A stretch of DNA of 63,851 bases, filler included, from Choristocarpus tenellus KU-1152 (GCA_964200185.2; 11 parts of 11 records of this genome joined end to end with filler, not necessarily neighbours in it); one strand, 5' to 3'. Numbered from the whole stretch's first letter, positions 13,215 to 27,200 are shown. A program made the numbers and translations. The notes: generated by a model not told the origin, from the letters alone.

Positions 13215-13460
13215 CCTGGTGACTCCAGGTTAAAGCGCATGCCCCGTCTAGATAGGGCTACTTGCGTTGTGGCTGAGACTATCTGGCGTAGGCGGGATTT
13301 GACACGGCACCTTTTCTCCTGTAGCCTCCCATTCCTCTCCCGCCTACCGCGGGTGTACCTAGCTCATCCAGGAAACGTTCCGCTTGCTTGCCGAGCGGCC
13401 CAAGCCTTTCCACCGCGAAGGTGTTGAGGTTATAACTACGAGGGTCTTTTCCGTATGAGC
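13215..13460 (-). mobile_element. 3' end of an RLE-type (CRE-like) non-LTR retrotransposon, degenerate
   Basis: Translates as DPRSYNLNTFAVERLGPLGKQAERFLDELGTPAVGGRGMGGYRRKG, a frameshift, then VKSRLRQIVSATTQVALSRR. This matches the FAVE.(F)G.LG...(F)LDEL tail of restriction-like endonuclease domains. Confidence 0.8.
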
Positions 13461-14425
13461 AATGGAATAGATCTTCGCCCGTGAAGCGAGAGATTGGGGG
13501 TTTGATCCCTGTCTAGGATTTTCCACAATGGCAGAGTTATGACGTACCCAATTCCGTTGCCAACCATCTCCCTTTTGTTTTTATTTCAAGTGAGAGAAGT
13601 ATGGAATTTTTTGAGTGCCCTAGTAGTGGTGAATATTTTGTGCATGCATTTTCTGTGTCTGACCATCGATGCCAGACTTTCAGGACGATTTTTTTTCGAA
13701 TATCTTGAATACACGTTCGCAGATAGTGTACATAAATTGTTCCTTGCATGCACTTTCCTTGTTTAACCATCAATGCCAGAGTTCAAATTTTAGAAGGAGA
13801 TTTGGTCTCGATTATCCTTAAATTCTAAGGACTTACACTGACCAGGAGTACCGGACAAGAGTGGGCGGGGGACTGGTCTGGACTAGCTACGTCTAATGGG
13901 ACCAGTCCAAGACCATCGCAGAGTATAACCGGACCAGACATCGGACTTTTCTGGGGTTATATAATATGTACTTAACACCTACGGAGTACTACTAGTATAA
14001 TAATAAGAGGGTCGTACTGGAACCATCGAGATCTTACCAACAAAAAACAAAATGGTACATATAATGTCAACAGTATTATTTCGTAGCATATGTTTCGTAT
14101 TGCGTTGAGAGGCGTTTTGTAAATTTAAACAGAGTAGAGAGACCGTTGGGTTAATTTACACTCGAGATACAACTTGTCATATTGAACAATTCGGGGAGAA
14201 GGTATCCACTCCCTCCACGACGGAGCGCCTTTGAGATGTACACGTGGAGCAAGAGAATATATTGCTGGGGTAAAAGGGGATAAGGGTAACTAGAGCACGA
14301 AGTCGTGTCTACATAATTTTGCGTCGAAGGGAAGCGCAAAAGGACTTTTTGTGTGTAGAGGTTATCCAGAGAGAGGGCAAGAAGGAGGGACAGGGCGTCT
14401 AGTGAAGGGCTAAGATACGTCAGAA

Positions 14426-14917
14426 ATGGTGCATATCGTGGATGAGAATGCTCCCAATGGGATAAAAACTGTGCGTGTAAGGTCACGAAGTCCTTTGCTA
14501 GGCTTGTGATAACATCATGTTCGACCATCAAAATATATGAAATATGACCCCCACTGGTCGTGACATTCCCACATTGAAATATTTCTTCTCCATGCAGGGT
14601 ATCTGCACTGTTTCTCCTGTTGAATTTTTGCGGGCCCATTGTGCTCAAAACTTAATGGCATTTTGTGTCGACCGTCTACCTCTCTTATCGCTTTCCCCAC
14701 CCGATCTATGTTGCAGACACCTGGGAGGGGGAGGAAGACGATAGCTTCTAAGCCGAGCGGATCGCGTCGAACAAAGATGGCTGGGTCTTCTCGTCGCTCG
14801 AGCGAATCGAAATCCTCGAATCGGCGAAGAAGCTTGGACGGTCGCCTTGGAGCAGGGTCCTTCAGTTCGCTCTCCCCTGGGTCTGACGCCACAATGGACT
14901 CCGTCACATTTCGGCAG
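14426..14917 (+). CDS. First two exons of an unknown basic/Ser-rich protein (3'-partial)
   Basis: ATG 14426; exon 14426-14470 (donor GTGCGT); exon 14717-14917 (ttgcag acceptor, CAG|GTAAAT donor); both phase 0. Reads MVHIVDENAPNGIKT-TPGRGRKTIASKPSGSRRTK...DSVTFRQ. Confidence 0.55.
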
Positions 14918-16795
14918 GTAAATACAGCGACTGTAATATAGCCGCCCACCCTTGCTCCTGTAACAATACAGAAGCCGATTTGATGCTTTCTGATGAATAC
15001 TGTAGAACAAACTAACCGCTCCAGGTATCTCTCTCCCCCTTTCGATGGTAATTTAGTCACTGTGAGGTCGATGCGGAAGCAACAAACACCTCTGACAGTA
15101 AAGCACCTCAAGCTGATACCCTGGCACAAGATTTCACCGCGTCGACCGTGAAAACATATGCCACTGATAGGTTGACACAAGTCTCCCTCCAGTCCCCAAC
15201 ACATCCCTCTTAATCATGGGCCTGTCTTGGAGCTGGTGTGTTTGTTGAGGCAAGAGGGGGACAGTGAGGGAGGCGGCAAAATGTCAACTTCTCCATTTTC
15301 ATCACGTACTTCAAAAGACATGGATACAGAAGGGTCAATCGGAAAACAAACGAAGTGCACTTCCCCCCCATAAGAACAGACCATGCAGTTTAGGCTTCAC
15401 AGTGGAAGGATGCAGTCTTGGTTAGCCTTCACCCTTGCACCCCTTGCACCCCTTGCACTCCCTCCTCTCTCCATGTGCTCTTTGCTGTGACTGCTTCGAA
15501 GACGACTGGTTCTTTTGAGCTCAGAACTTGTTACTTATTTGTGCTGGCGAAATCCATCAGTCCTTACCTCTCCTCCAAACTTCTCTCCTCCCCCCTCCTC
15601 TTTATATCATGTCAACCGCCGTGCAACCTTTCACCCTCAACACAATACCAATACAATACCATGACGCTCCCATATGCACACACACAAACATGCACACATC
15701 GTGTAATCACTAGCTGTTGGAGGGGGGGGAGGTTCCTGTGCTTGGTACTTCTGAAGAGGAAGGGGTGCCTCAAGGCCGGAGACAGGAGGGTGATGATAGA
15801 AGGTGAACTACGTAATCAGTTATGATCTCTGCCAGCCTTTCACTGCCCTGTTATTGCACTTCACCCTGTGCCCCTAACCCTGACCCTGTGTCTTTCTTGC
15901 ACATTTGTGGCCTCATACACTTTGCCACCCCCCCTCCCCCCCACCCCCCTCCCCCCACCTGTTTTTCTTTCAAGATTTCTNNNNNNNNNNNNNNNNNNNN
16001 NNNNNNNNNNNNNNNNNNNNNNNNTTAATTAATTAANNNNNNNNNNNNNNNNNNNNNNNNNNNNNNNNNNNNNNNNNNNNGTCCCGCTCCATCCCCAATT
16101 TTGAAAATCCTCTGTTGGATGTGTCAGGGGGAAACCAATGAAAACTATATACTGTTATATTATAGTATCTCTACTTTTTCTATGATTTCCTTTTTTCTTC
16201 TCTCTTCTCGAACCCCGATGGTAGTAACCATCAAGAAAGAGCATAGTAATGATGGATGGTTGATCTTTCTTTCCAAACAATTCTGGTTATCACTATTGTA
16301 ATTGTTACCATCACAGGATCATTTCCACTCATCATCCTCGCACTAATGTTCCTCGACTATTAATGTTGAGATTGCTACTATATAGAACAAAATAAAACCA
16401 TGTGTTATCAATAGTACAACTATGAGAATGTAGAGTGTGTAACAGGATGAGACAGTAATTCACAACACTCTCGCATAACCTACCTACAATAATTGGTCGA
16501 TGATTTGATAGTAAATCGATTCTGGTAGACGAATACATTCTCCTCGCCAATAACGTCCTCCAAAATGCAATGTAGAAGGGATGGATTACTGATCATCTTA
16601 CCATGTGTGATTGAGCCTTGTTACGACGAGGTAGATTCTGATAACGGTTGAAAAAAAAAACGACATGACATCATCCCTCTGTAAAGATCTGATATTTAAA
16701 TATGTTATTTATAGGTTGGATGGAAGATACATTTTGGTAATTATTTTTAGATGAAGAAAGTTTTAACTGTCAAGAAATTCGGTATTAAAAAAAAT

Positions 16796-16826
16796 CTGTC
16801 CCCACGATCGCGCGATCGTGCGACAG
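16796..16826. promoter_or_regulatory. CpG-rich palindrome ~130 bp upstream of the PDZ-like gene start
   Basis: Perfect 18-bp palindrome CACGATCGCGCGATCGTG at 16803-16820, extendable by ctgtc/gacag. A regulatory role is inferred from position only. Confidence 0.35.
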
Positions 16827-16948
16827 GAGGAATCTCATCATACTGTTGTTCTTTTCACCATCTTCACATCCTCCTCCCCTACCAAAATCCCTCAGCACAA
16901 CTTGAGGCTTAAACCCTCTATCTAGGGTGTTGGTGTTGACGACCAGCA

Positions 16949-19900
16949 ATGAATATGGAAGGAGATCTCTCAGACCAAGAAGTGACCACCGCTCACTTCC
17001 TAGCAAGGGGAGAAGACACGGATGGAGAGACGTCTGAGGCTGAAGTGGATTTTAGACGTGACGAAGGTGAGGGCTTCCTCAAATGGCGGAAGACAATAGT
17101 ATGGCACAGCTTGCACGTGATCCTCTGGGAAGGTTCAGGTTGAGGTTCTCTCTTGTTTGAGTCGTACAACCTACGTTGAATGTTTGCCAACTGTGAAGGC
17201 GTAGGAATCGAAAGTTCTGTTCATAGAATATGTTCAGTTCACTCCTACATCGAGGGGAGTATAGGTGTAGCTATCCTCAAAATGGGTTAGGCTCACCGTG
17301 GTGTGTAATATAATCAATCCCACTCGAAACTATGAGACATTTCAAGAACAGGGCCTCCACAGTTCACTTGGAATCGTCCTTCAATTAGTGGGCACACAAC
17401 TAGTGGTATAGTTCACATCGAAGAAACAATCCTTGTCCTTGTCCACCCTTACGCTGCCCTTTGTGCGGTGTTGCTCCCTGCTGGGGGAGCGAGGCCTCCA
17501 TTGTAGAATGTATTTGTATCAGCTTATAACTCAAACTGCATCTACCAGCACCCATATGCCAGAACAGCTCTGGAGAACTCGAGGTTACCGGAGAAGGCAC
17601 CGCTGGGGGTCCATTTGGACTCAAGAAGGTACTTTTTGTACGTCGAAAGAGTACTGACAGCCTTGGTGGAAAAGATGCGGACAAGGTATGGCGACTACTG
17701 TACACTCTGCTACAGATTTTTTTTTTGAGATTTCGAACTTGTGTTGTAGTTTGTAGGGAACCTTGATGCAATGAAGCATCATGTAGATTTGATGCGACAA
17801 GATTCATGGGAAGTTGAATGAGGAATCCGCGTAGCCAACACAACATTTACTGTTCCTTGGTATGTCGACACAGTCAAGGATACATACTCTTTTAAAATGG
17901 GTTGAGTGTATCCTGGCTGTGTATTTCGTGTAGGTAGTAGTGCATTTGCATTCTGAATCTAAAGGTAGATTCCTCTACCATAATTTGTTGCACCAAGCAT
18001 GAGGTTTAGTTCACTGGAAGGTCACACACGCACTCCGTATTATTCCTATTCTTCCCTGTCTTGAAGGAAGGGAGCACTCCCCAGGAGTCATTAAAGCACC
18101 GGTGGAGCAAGCTCTCTGAGCGATTTGGAAGCATGATTAATGAGCATAAATCGGGAGGAAGTGGGGTTGGGGGCGGGGAAAACACCCATTCCAGTACCCC
18201 CACCCTTGTAAAAGGAAAGGGAGAAGGAGGAAGTAAGGCCGAGGAGCGCCCTACCACCTCAGATCCTGCCCCAAAGGACTCAGTCGTTTTTTACCAGGAA
18301 TATGACCTCACTTTTCAAGCTGGCAATTTGCCCTTTACACTTGTGAAGGGGCCTGAGGGCAATGGGATTGTGGTTTCGTGGGGGGAAGATGGAGGCAGGG
18401 ATCAGGGTGCACAACCTGGCATGGGTGCAAAGACAAGAGACAGATTGTCGTCAGCCTCATTTACGGGGTCCTCTGTGCCTGATCACGTCCCAGCAGAAGG
18501 CTCCTTGGTCCTTGCAGTCAAAGGTGAGCCCGTTGCCTTGGATGCTGAACCGGCTGATGTCCTCGCCAAGGTGGGAGTTGCTGGGACCAAGGTGGGTGAG
18601 GAAAACAGCCAACTGGATGAGACTGTTATTGACGGAGATGGAGATGGAGATGGAGATGGAGATGATAAGAATGTTAATGATGAAAGTGAATCATCAGCAT
18701 CGATCCCTTCTGTTGTTATTCGATTTAGAGAAAAGATAAGCCACCCTATGGGAGTGGGGCAAGGGTCAGGTGGGGGAGACTACCTACGCAATCGTGTGAA
18801 GGCTGTTGCAGCAGGGATTGGCAACCTTTTTGCCAAGGAAACTGCTGGGAGTGTTGTACGGGGGGATGGCTCAGAGGTTGTAGGTGCGGGTGGTCTGGGA
18901 GGGGTTGGTAGTGGTACAGCCCCTGCTGGGCTGACTGCAGCAGCAGTTCTCTCGACAGATGCATTTGCCCTCAAGTTCAGCACCAGGGATGGTGTAGTCT
19001 CGCTACCCTTCACCCTTGCTGAGGCTCTTGGTGGAAAGGGGTCCGTGGTGTCTGCGGTAGAGGAGGGTTATCGCTCGTCTCTTGTACAGGATGGGCTTGT
19101 GGGACCAGGGGCTAGAATGGGGGAAGGGGTAGGGGGTGGGGGAAGACCACATGAGGATAACACACAGGACCAGGGTGGTGTTTCGGAGCGCCCAGAGCTT
19201 ACTCCAGGGGCAGCTCTACTCAGAGTGGGGGGGCAACAGGTGGAGGGAAAGAGTCTCGAGGAAGTTCATGAGGTGCTGACCAGTGCAGCAGCAGAAAATC
19301 AACAGGTGAGTGACCCAGCAGGATACCACTATTTGCTCATACTACAAAGTTATCAATTGAAAATGTAATGTAGACACAGGGTGATATATATGACTTAGCT
19401 ATTATGACTGGCTCATTGCTTCTCTTGAAGCATTTCAATTTTTTCTTGTTGTTCGGCAAGGTGTCTTTTTGTCCATTTCCCAACTCCTACATGATTTTAT
19501 AGTATGGACAGGGGTTGTTCCCCCCACTTGCTCCCTCTTCTGCTCTCCTCCTCCTTGGATCCTTCCTCGCCTTTTGCTCCAGCCTCTCAGTTATCCCCCC
19601 TCCCCTCTGATCTATCCACCCACGCCTGTAACATTTCCCCATGCATCATGCCCACGGCAGGTCAAACTCCTCTTTTGCCATGCTCCTCCCATCTATAGGG
19701 CGGGTGTTGTCACAGAGCTACAAATGGAAGCAAAAGAAGCTGGTGGCGACCCCCACATTCATGTGGGAACTTGGCAACCACTGCTCAAGCGCCGGGCAGG
19801 AATGGTGAGCGGGGGTGCAGGTGGTGGCAATCCTGGTGTGGATGGGAGTGATGGCGGTGGCAGCAGCATCGGAGGCCTTGGTGGCCTCAGTCTTGGCTAC

Positions 19901-20569
19901 AATGCGGAAGAGTGGGAGGATGTGAGGGACACAGCGGCAAGGGCAATGGCCTTTGTACGGAGCTTCCAGTCGTCAGGTGTAAGGGTGGAAGTAAAGACAA
20001 TCCAAACAGTGACGCTACCGTCTCGAGCCAAGGACACCTATGTCAGCTCCTTTGAGGGACGTCCTTCCTCCCTCTGCCAGGCAGTGCGCCTATGGTTTTG
20101 CTTCCCAGGTGAACGTACAGTACGGGTTAGATTTGAGCCCCCCCCCCCGTCACCGGGAGATAGGGCAGTTGAGGCACTGGTCATGGCTGGGAACGGTACT
20201 GATAAAGGCACAGGGGGGCTGCTTGGCCTTGGCCTTGAACACGTGGCCTCTAGGGAAGGAGGCGCTGGGTCAGGGAGAGAGGTGGCCAGTGGTAGCAGTG
20301 GTGTGGAATGGCTCATTGTGCGGGCCAGGCGTGGTTCACCCTGTGAACTTGCAGGTTTTCCTGCTGGGGAAAATGTCATTCTCACCCATGTCAATGACCT
20401 TAGTGTGTCCCCAGATGCGTATCAATCCCTGGCCCCAAAGGCTCCCTGGGGTGGGAGAGGTTCTGGGAATGGAGCAAGGACTGGGGCTGGAGCAGTGTGG
20501 TCCAGAATGGTTGTGCCAATCTTGGAGACACTTACTGTTGGCAACAGTGTTGCTCTGACATTTGTGTAA
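16949..20569 (+). CDS. 800-aa Gly-rich protein with three degenerate PDZ-like domains; 4 exons, complete
   Basis: Exons 16949-17066, 17549-17685, 18067-19305, 19661-20569 (2403 nt, phases 1/0/0). PDZ-like segments: LPFTL...EGSLVLAVKGEPV; LPFTL...PGAALLRVGGQQVEGKSLEEVHEVL; LLGLGL...RGSPCELAGFPAGENVILTHVNDLSV. Confidence 0.85.
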
Positions 20570-23500
20570 AGAGATCCAAGCAAGGTGGTGCTAGCTGTCA
20601 AATATTTCCTGTGGCTGCGCTGTTCCACAAGCAGTGTCTTATTTCACTGTACTTGTAAAACCTTTGTTTTTGATGGATTGTCTTCGTGAAGGGCACTATT
20701 GTTGTCTTTTCAGTTTTTGGAGGTGGTTCAACGGACTTGACCTAGAGAGGGGAGGCCGTGAAGGGCCAGAGAAGGGAGGGGGCAATTGCTTGTATGAGAT
20801 ATGGATGACCTTGTGTCATGCATTCAGCTGCATTTTGCTTTCCTTTTGAAGTTGTGCCCCACCATCTCACCACCCCCAATGATGATTACCTTGTTTGTTT
20901 GTGGGAACACTTTAGATGTTTGGTACATTTGGGTGTCACAAACAAGCTGGATATTTATCACTGCATCTTACTACAACAAGCCATACAGGAGAGGGCAGAG
21001 GTATCCTGTTGTCAATTATTTTCCTGTTTTGCTCGTGCAAAGCACATTTGAGGCAGTAGCATTTTTTTCGTAGGACAGTTCACCCTAACAGCAGGTCTTC
21101 TTTAGTGGTGTCAGCAACTTTTACAAGAACATTTGAAGTAGAACTTTGAAGTAATCTAGAACTCCACCATAGGGACCACTGTTAGACTTGAGACAAGGCC
21201 AGGACCACTCTGTGGCACTCATGCTATAGGTTGATATGTTCTTTGGTTGTTACCAATGTTCTGAAATTGTGTTACACACATTGGGGTCAAGCTATACGCT
21301 TCTACATGATGTGTGTAAGATGGTTGTGGTCGTTTAAGGGACCTTTTCCCAAACAAAGACTTTACGCTTTGGTACAAGGAGCTTCAGATGAGACATGATA
21401 TCCGTGTGCACTTTTTGTCTCAAAATGGTACTACCTTGAAAGTTGTAAAATGAGTACATGTGTTGTGATCTATGCTTGCAGAAGATGTGTATAATGCGTA
21501 GTCATGTGTTCAGACCATATTATTTGTTGGCATGCATGTCCCTTACAGAGGTGTATGGTTTAAGAGGCTTAATGGAAAATTGAGCCATCATTGTCCGTAC
21601 TCCTGCTTTTCAAGTTCACTTGGGTTAGACGCATTAATTGAAAATTGACATGAGGGAAGAATCCTTCATTCATTCACTGTTCTCTTACTGCTTCTTGCAT
21701 GTATTCTTAAACCAACCGACATTGCCCTGGACACTAATTGTCAGCTCTCCATCATGTACCTTAATACACTTGGAGCCATGTCAAGGAGGAATGATTGTGC
21801 TCTAGAACCCATTCTTAAGGCAGGCCACCCTATACTCATGAAAGGAATGTCTGATACCACACATAATGAGGGAAAGGTTTAGGGTTAGAATCACAATAGG
21901 TGTACATGAAGGGGGGATTGGATTTTGGAGAGAGGATGAGGTTTGCCCCTCAGATTGGACACAACATTTCCTCCGTTGACCACCTGAACACGAAGTAATC
22001 CCTACGCACCAGTTGGGCTTATGGACACTGACTACGTAGGTACTGCGAGCAACTCAAGTATAATATGCGTGAGAATGGGATCTCTGATCGTCCGCGTGTG
22101 CTTGCGTAGTGCCAGCACTGGTTCTTGTCCTTGCGCATGCCAGCTCTTACTCATAGCATAATCGATTCTTAGTTATGTGCCTTGTGCTTTTATAGTTAGT
22201 ACAGGTGCTGGCCCCCAGTGTCGTGCGTGTGCTCTCATCAAAGCACCTCACATCCATCACGTGCCCCCAATAAAGGCTGTTGACTCTGCATCGTGCCCAC
22301 TCTCACCGATTTTTGTTTGTAGTTAATGAGAAGAAGCGCAGTGTACTGCATCTGACCACGGTTCAAGCTAGTCCCCAGATTGAAAGGTTTAAGATAATAA
22401 TGTTAGTTACTTGTTGTACCACTATAGTAGTTCCTATCATACCTGATCTTAGGTTTCAAACATCTTCTTGCCATCTCGTATATGTTTTGTTTTCAAATAA
22501 AAACAAAAATATTCTGCAGTTGATCTTAAAATGTTGAGTATTTTCGTTGCGTGTGTATATACATCGTCGTTGTACGATTATTTGATCACGCATTGTGCGG
22601 AATGCCCAACCAACAACCAAGGACCAAGTGTGTGCTATGCAGATATTCAAAAAGAGTCATGAAAAACGTTTGACACCATTTTACCAACCCTAAGAAAATG
22701 GCACTTCAAAAAGGATAGCCCATGAAAACACTGATAGATGTGGGCACTGCATTTCTAGGAACTACGAGGAAACAAAAGCCAAGTACTCAGGAGTATAAAC
22801 ATAACTTTCCTCTACACTCACCATGTTGTCCCTTCCATCTTTGGGTAGTATTCCTGACCCAGTAGGGAAATGACCTGGAAGTAATGTGTATGGAGTCAGG
22901 GGGGGGGGGATGTGAAACAGGAGTTCTGCGATTGGCAGGATAAGATAGAACAGCGATTCCTAGGGTGTTTTTCGAACACACTCACTGTGAAAGCCTTATT
23001 TAAAGCGATTCGTAGGGGCACTTGGTTTCCAGTGTTATCAAATTATAACGCATTTCAGAACAAGTGTACGCATCTGTGCACTTTCTGAAAGAGACAAACT
23101 CCAGGAAAATTTAACACCCAAGGCTTTGTGATACCCTTGAAGAAAATCGAGAAAAAATATGCACTTCATACATATATTTGGAGTATATGATAACTTGGAC
23201 TATCTATGATAACATTCCAGTCCAAAACATACGTAAGGTACATATTTCGTGCCCTATAAAACTCCAATACAAGAACGTGTGTATCATATGTTGCCATTTT
23301 AAGGTAACATACACAAAATGTCAGAACTCATGTTATAATGCTACCACGTCATGTTATGAGACAACACAATTATTCTGTTTAAAATCACTACTCAATACGC
23401 TCAATACCATTTTTTTGTGCTTCAATATATATTGTCAGTTAATGCAAGCCGAATAGCTCTGATAGCATATCATCATTCTATGAGTATTTCTTCATAATAT

Positions 23501-24224
23501 ACACTGTATTAAAACTAGGAAGACTTGAGCAGTGCCATGACATCACTCTCTTCATATAATTAATTGCCACCCTTTCTTTCTGCTGACACTACTACACGTT
23601 TCAAGCATGGTGTGAGTGTGTTCTGATCTCAATGTAAGTATTCAACGTGTGATGATGTAATTTATTCCCATATTTTGGTCCAAAATATCTGCAAATACAT
23701 CAAGCAAGGGTCGAGCTGACTGGGAAGCCCATGAAAGAGGAAGGGGAATACGATGGATTGCAATCCAGACCGCAATGCCCAGCAAGTGCACTAAAGACCA
23801 ATAGTACCGTAGGACACCGATATTAAAATATTGTATGAGTCGTGGTGCTCAGTATATATATATACGAAAGTGCTTCTTCTTGCACGAGTACAATGGTGCT
23901 GCTTCCTCCCATCCGTTGAGCTTGGTCATTGATCCACTGATTGAGGCAAACCAGGCTCCCCTGTATCCCAGTTGTTTCTTCGCTCTTCCAAACCAGCTGT
24001 TCTTTTATATTGTAAGAATCGACCTCACGGGCGTCAAATATCACATCCACAGTAGCTTTGGAGGGATTGTCCAAGTGCAGTTTCAGCACAGAACAGGGGA
24101 TTCGCAAAATTGAGGATGGAGCGGNNNNNNNNNNNNNNNNNNNNNNNNNNNNNNNNNNNNNNNNNNNNTTAATTAATTAANNNNNNNNNNNNNNNNNNNN
24201 NNNNNNNNNNNNNNNNNNNNNNNN

Positions 24225-27200
24225 ATAATCTCATATACACAAAATAAGGTACACGACACTATTGCCCTATTTTGCACAGCCAATGAGTGATGGCTGTAAC
24301 GACTGCATAATATTCTCCTAATTTAGCTGAATAGGGACGTTGGGCTCCATTAGATTTCGAGCTGAAGTATGCAATGATACCTAGGTCTGTAGGATTATCG
24401 GATTAGGGTTGTGCTAGAAACCCTCCAGCACCAACACTCTCACTGGCATCAACATGGATGACGAATTCTTTGGCAAAGTCAGGGAATACGAGAACTGGAG
24501 CTGCAGTGAATAATTGTTTTTCTTTAATAAATGCCACGTCCTGGTCCAATCCCCATTCTTTAACAACTTTCGTACTGACACGTTTCTTAGTGAGACGAAC
24601 TGACGGTTTGATTACTGTGGCTAAGTTCGTTATGAATTTACCCACAAAATTAACTCTACCTAGGACAGATCGAAGTTCTTTGATGGTGGTGGGTTTGGGT
24701 AATTCAGTGATTGCACGAACCCGATCTTCGCCGCTACGAATCCACTCAGACGATAAAACGTGACCCAGATAGCGTACTTCTTAAGGCCCAAATTGGATCT
24801 TTGACGGTTTCAAGGTTAAATCTGCTGCTTGCAAAGCTTTGAATTGCTGCTCAAGTAAATGTAGATGTCCATTCCATGTGGGAGAACAAGAGCAAAAGTA
24901 TCTTATAGGGTAGAGCCGCGTCCATTTTGGGGGTCAAAATCCAATATTGCGATTTTGATATAATTTTGGCTATTGTGTTTGTTAAGAAGTGTCAATATCC
25001 ATGTTTCGGATACACCTTTTCATAACGTCTACATTTTCAGAACTCAGAAACATTTTGGAGTAGGAAAACGTCATAAAAAAAATCATGGGAAACCAAGCCC
25101 CAAATGGACAAACAGGGCAAAACTCGTACCCTCTAAGAAACTTTCACTCACAAGTAATCAAATCATCAATGTAAACTAGCAAACCACTAAGTGGTCCAAA
25201 ATTTGCAAGGCTAAGGACATTCTTTGAAATTGCCAGGAAGCATTTGATATCCCAAAGGGCACCCTCTTAAAAACATATTTGCCTCTGGACGAGACAAAAA
25301 CAGGTTTATCAATGTCATCTTCAGCAACAGGAACTTGCCAATATGCACTCTGAATATCACAAACGGTGATGAATTGTGCACCCCCAACGGTAACAATATG
25401 TGACTCCATATCAAGAATGGGCCAAGTCTGTCGAACAAGGTGTTTGTTAACAGTTGACCTATAGTCTACACAGAATCGTGGGGAGCCATCAGATTTGGGC
25501 ACAATAGTAACAGGACTACCCCAAGGGCTGGCACGTTTTTCAATGATGCCTTGCTCTTCCATAGTATTAACATACGAGTCAATTACTTGTTGAGTACGGG
25601 GTTTGCTCTTTATGGGTTCCTATCAACAGGTTTGGTATCGGGCTCTATAGGAATTTCTGCGTCAGCTAGAGTACCTGCCTACTTCTGCTGCATTCAACGA
25701 AAATATCGATCAATAACGAGCACAGGTCGAAATGTTGAGACACTTGTGACTGATTGAATATGGTATCTTTGGATATATTTGTCTTACTGGAGGCTTGACG
25801 TAACTCCTCTCAAACTTTACTGAACGGCGCAGAATCAGTATTTAGAGCACTAACAGTGATTGGCATCTGATCAGAAATTGAGGTTAAGTGACCTATCACA
25901 ACATGCTTCTTGATACGGACCCTTCGTGCTGTTGGGTTTGCCATTTGAACCAATACTGATGTATTACTTGCTGACCAAGTATTGAGAATGCGAGCAGCTA
26001 CGATACGATTCCATGGGTGTGTAGGTTCAGTGGTTTGATCTACAGCAGGCATAGAATGTATGACTAGCTCCACTACAACGGCAGTATCCAACGGCGGATT
26101 AGCATCAGTTGTGCAACGCACAATGATTTCATGGCCAAATAGTATGTTATACTTCTTATGTACAAGAACGGGTACAGGGTCAAAATCATGTTTTACACTC
26201 ACCACAGAGAGCACTAAGGAGAGGTACCTGTATCACGTACCTGTTGTGTGGGGCTCCTTGTCATGTGATGTCTCGCTGGAAAGGTAGACAAACTGACATG
26301 GAACAAGAGACGTTGTTCTTGCCAATCAAGGATTGCACTGAAGGCCTACATAATACTATTTTTAAGCAGAATTTTATCGGGACCAGGTTTTGGAGTTACA
26401 AAAGCTTCAACTGGCAATGTGGTGTCACCAACTGTAAGTGCAAAATGAATAAATCCACGAATATGCAATGGTGAACCGTTTGCCATACGTAGATTGTTGT
26501 GCCAGGTGGAACAGGATGCACATCAAAAACGTTTCAGTTGAGAATGACTGCGAACAAATACTTCTGAAATACATGGTATATCACTAGCTGAGTCAATAGT
26601 GAAGTCATTTTCTTCTTGTTCTTCAACGGTGCCAGATACACCAACCCTTTGTGATGAAAACATTTACAGGTTTGGGCATAGAATCTACACAAAGAACTGT
26701 TAAACCAAGTTGCATTATTATTACACGAGTTAGGTTGAACTGACGGCAAAGAAAAATGCTCAGTGACACGTGTGCAGGCAATAAACGATGCCTGAGGAGC
26801 AAGAGGTGTAACTAATGTCAACCTCCGATGCTTGCCACTTCCTAAGATGGTGTCAACAACACCATGACTATTCCCAAGTGGACAGGAGTCAAATCCACCT
26901 GGGCACCCCTAGGGACGAGGAGAATAATGGCCTTGGTGTGGACTGTCTATCATCAGGAACACGATCACCATGACCCCTTACTCTACGACGAAGGTATGGC
27001 CTACAAGTACCCTTCAGGTTGTCCAGGCATGACTGGGTTGTATCACCCTCACGAGTCGCCGCTTGACAACCCAGGTACTGATACACACTACTTTGGTTCT
27101 GATCAACGTGGTACTGGGTGTGGATGGTGTCTCTGCATAGTGTGACATGTCCAGGGGTAGTTGAAATCTGAATCTAATGCATTGTACATGTAAGCAAAAT

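Noticed and set aside
12460-13460. RING ORF plus RLE fragment as one retrotransposon
   Set aside because: Opposite strands and separated by an artificial linker.
22020-22310. Solo LTR (AATAAA, LTR-like composition)
   Set aside because: No clear TG...CA termini, TSD or second copy in the window.
23823-24124. Overlapping 92-94 aa ORFs
   Set aside because: No recognisable domain in any frame and truncated by the linker; cannot support a call.
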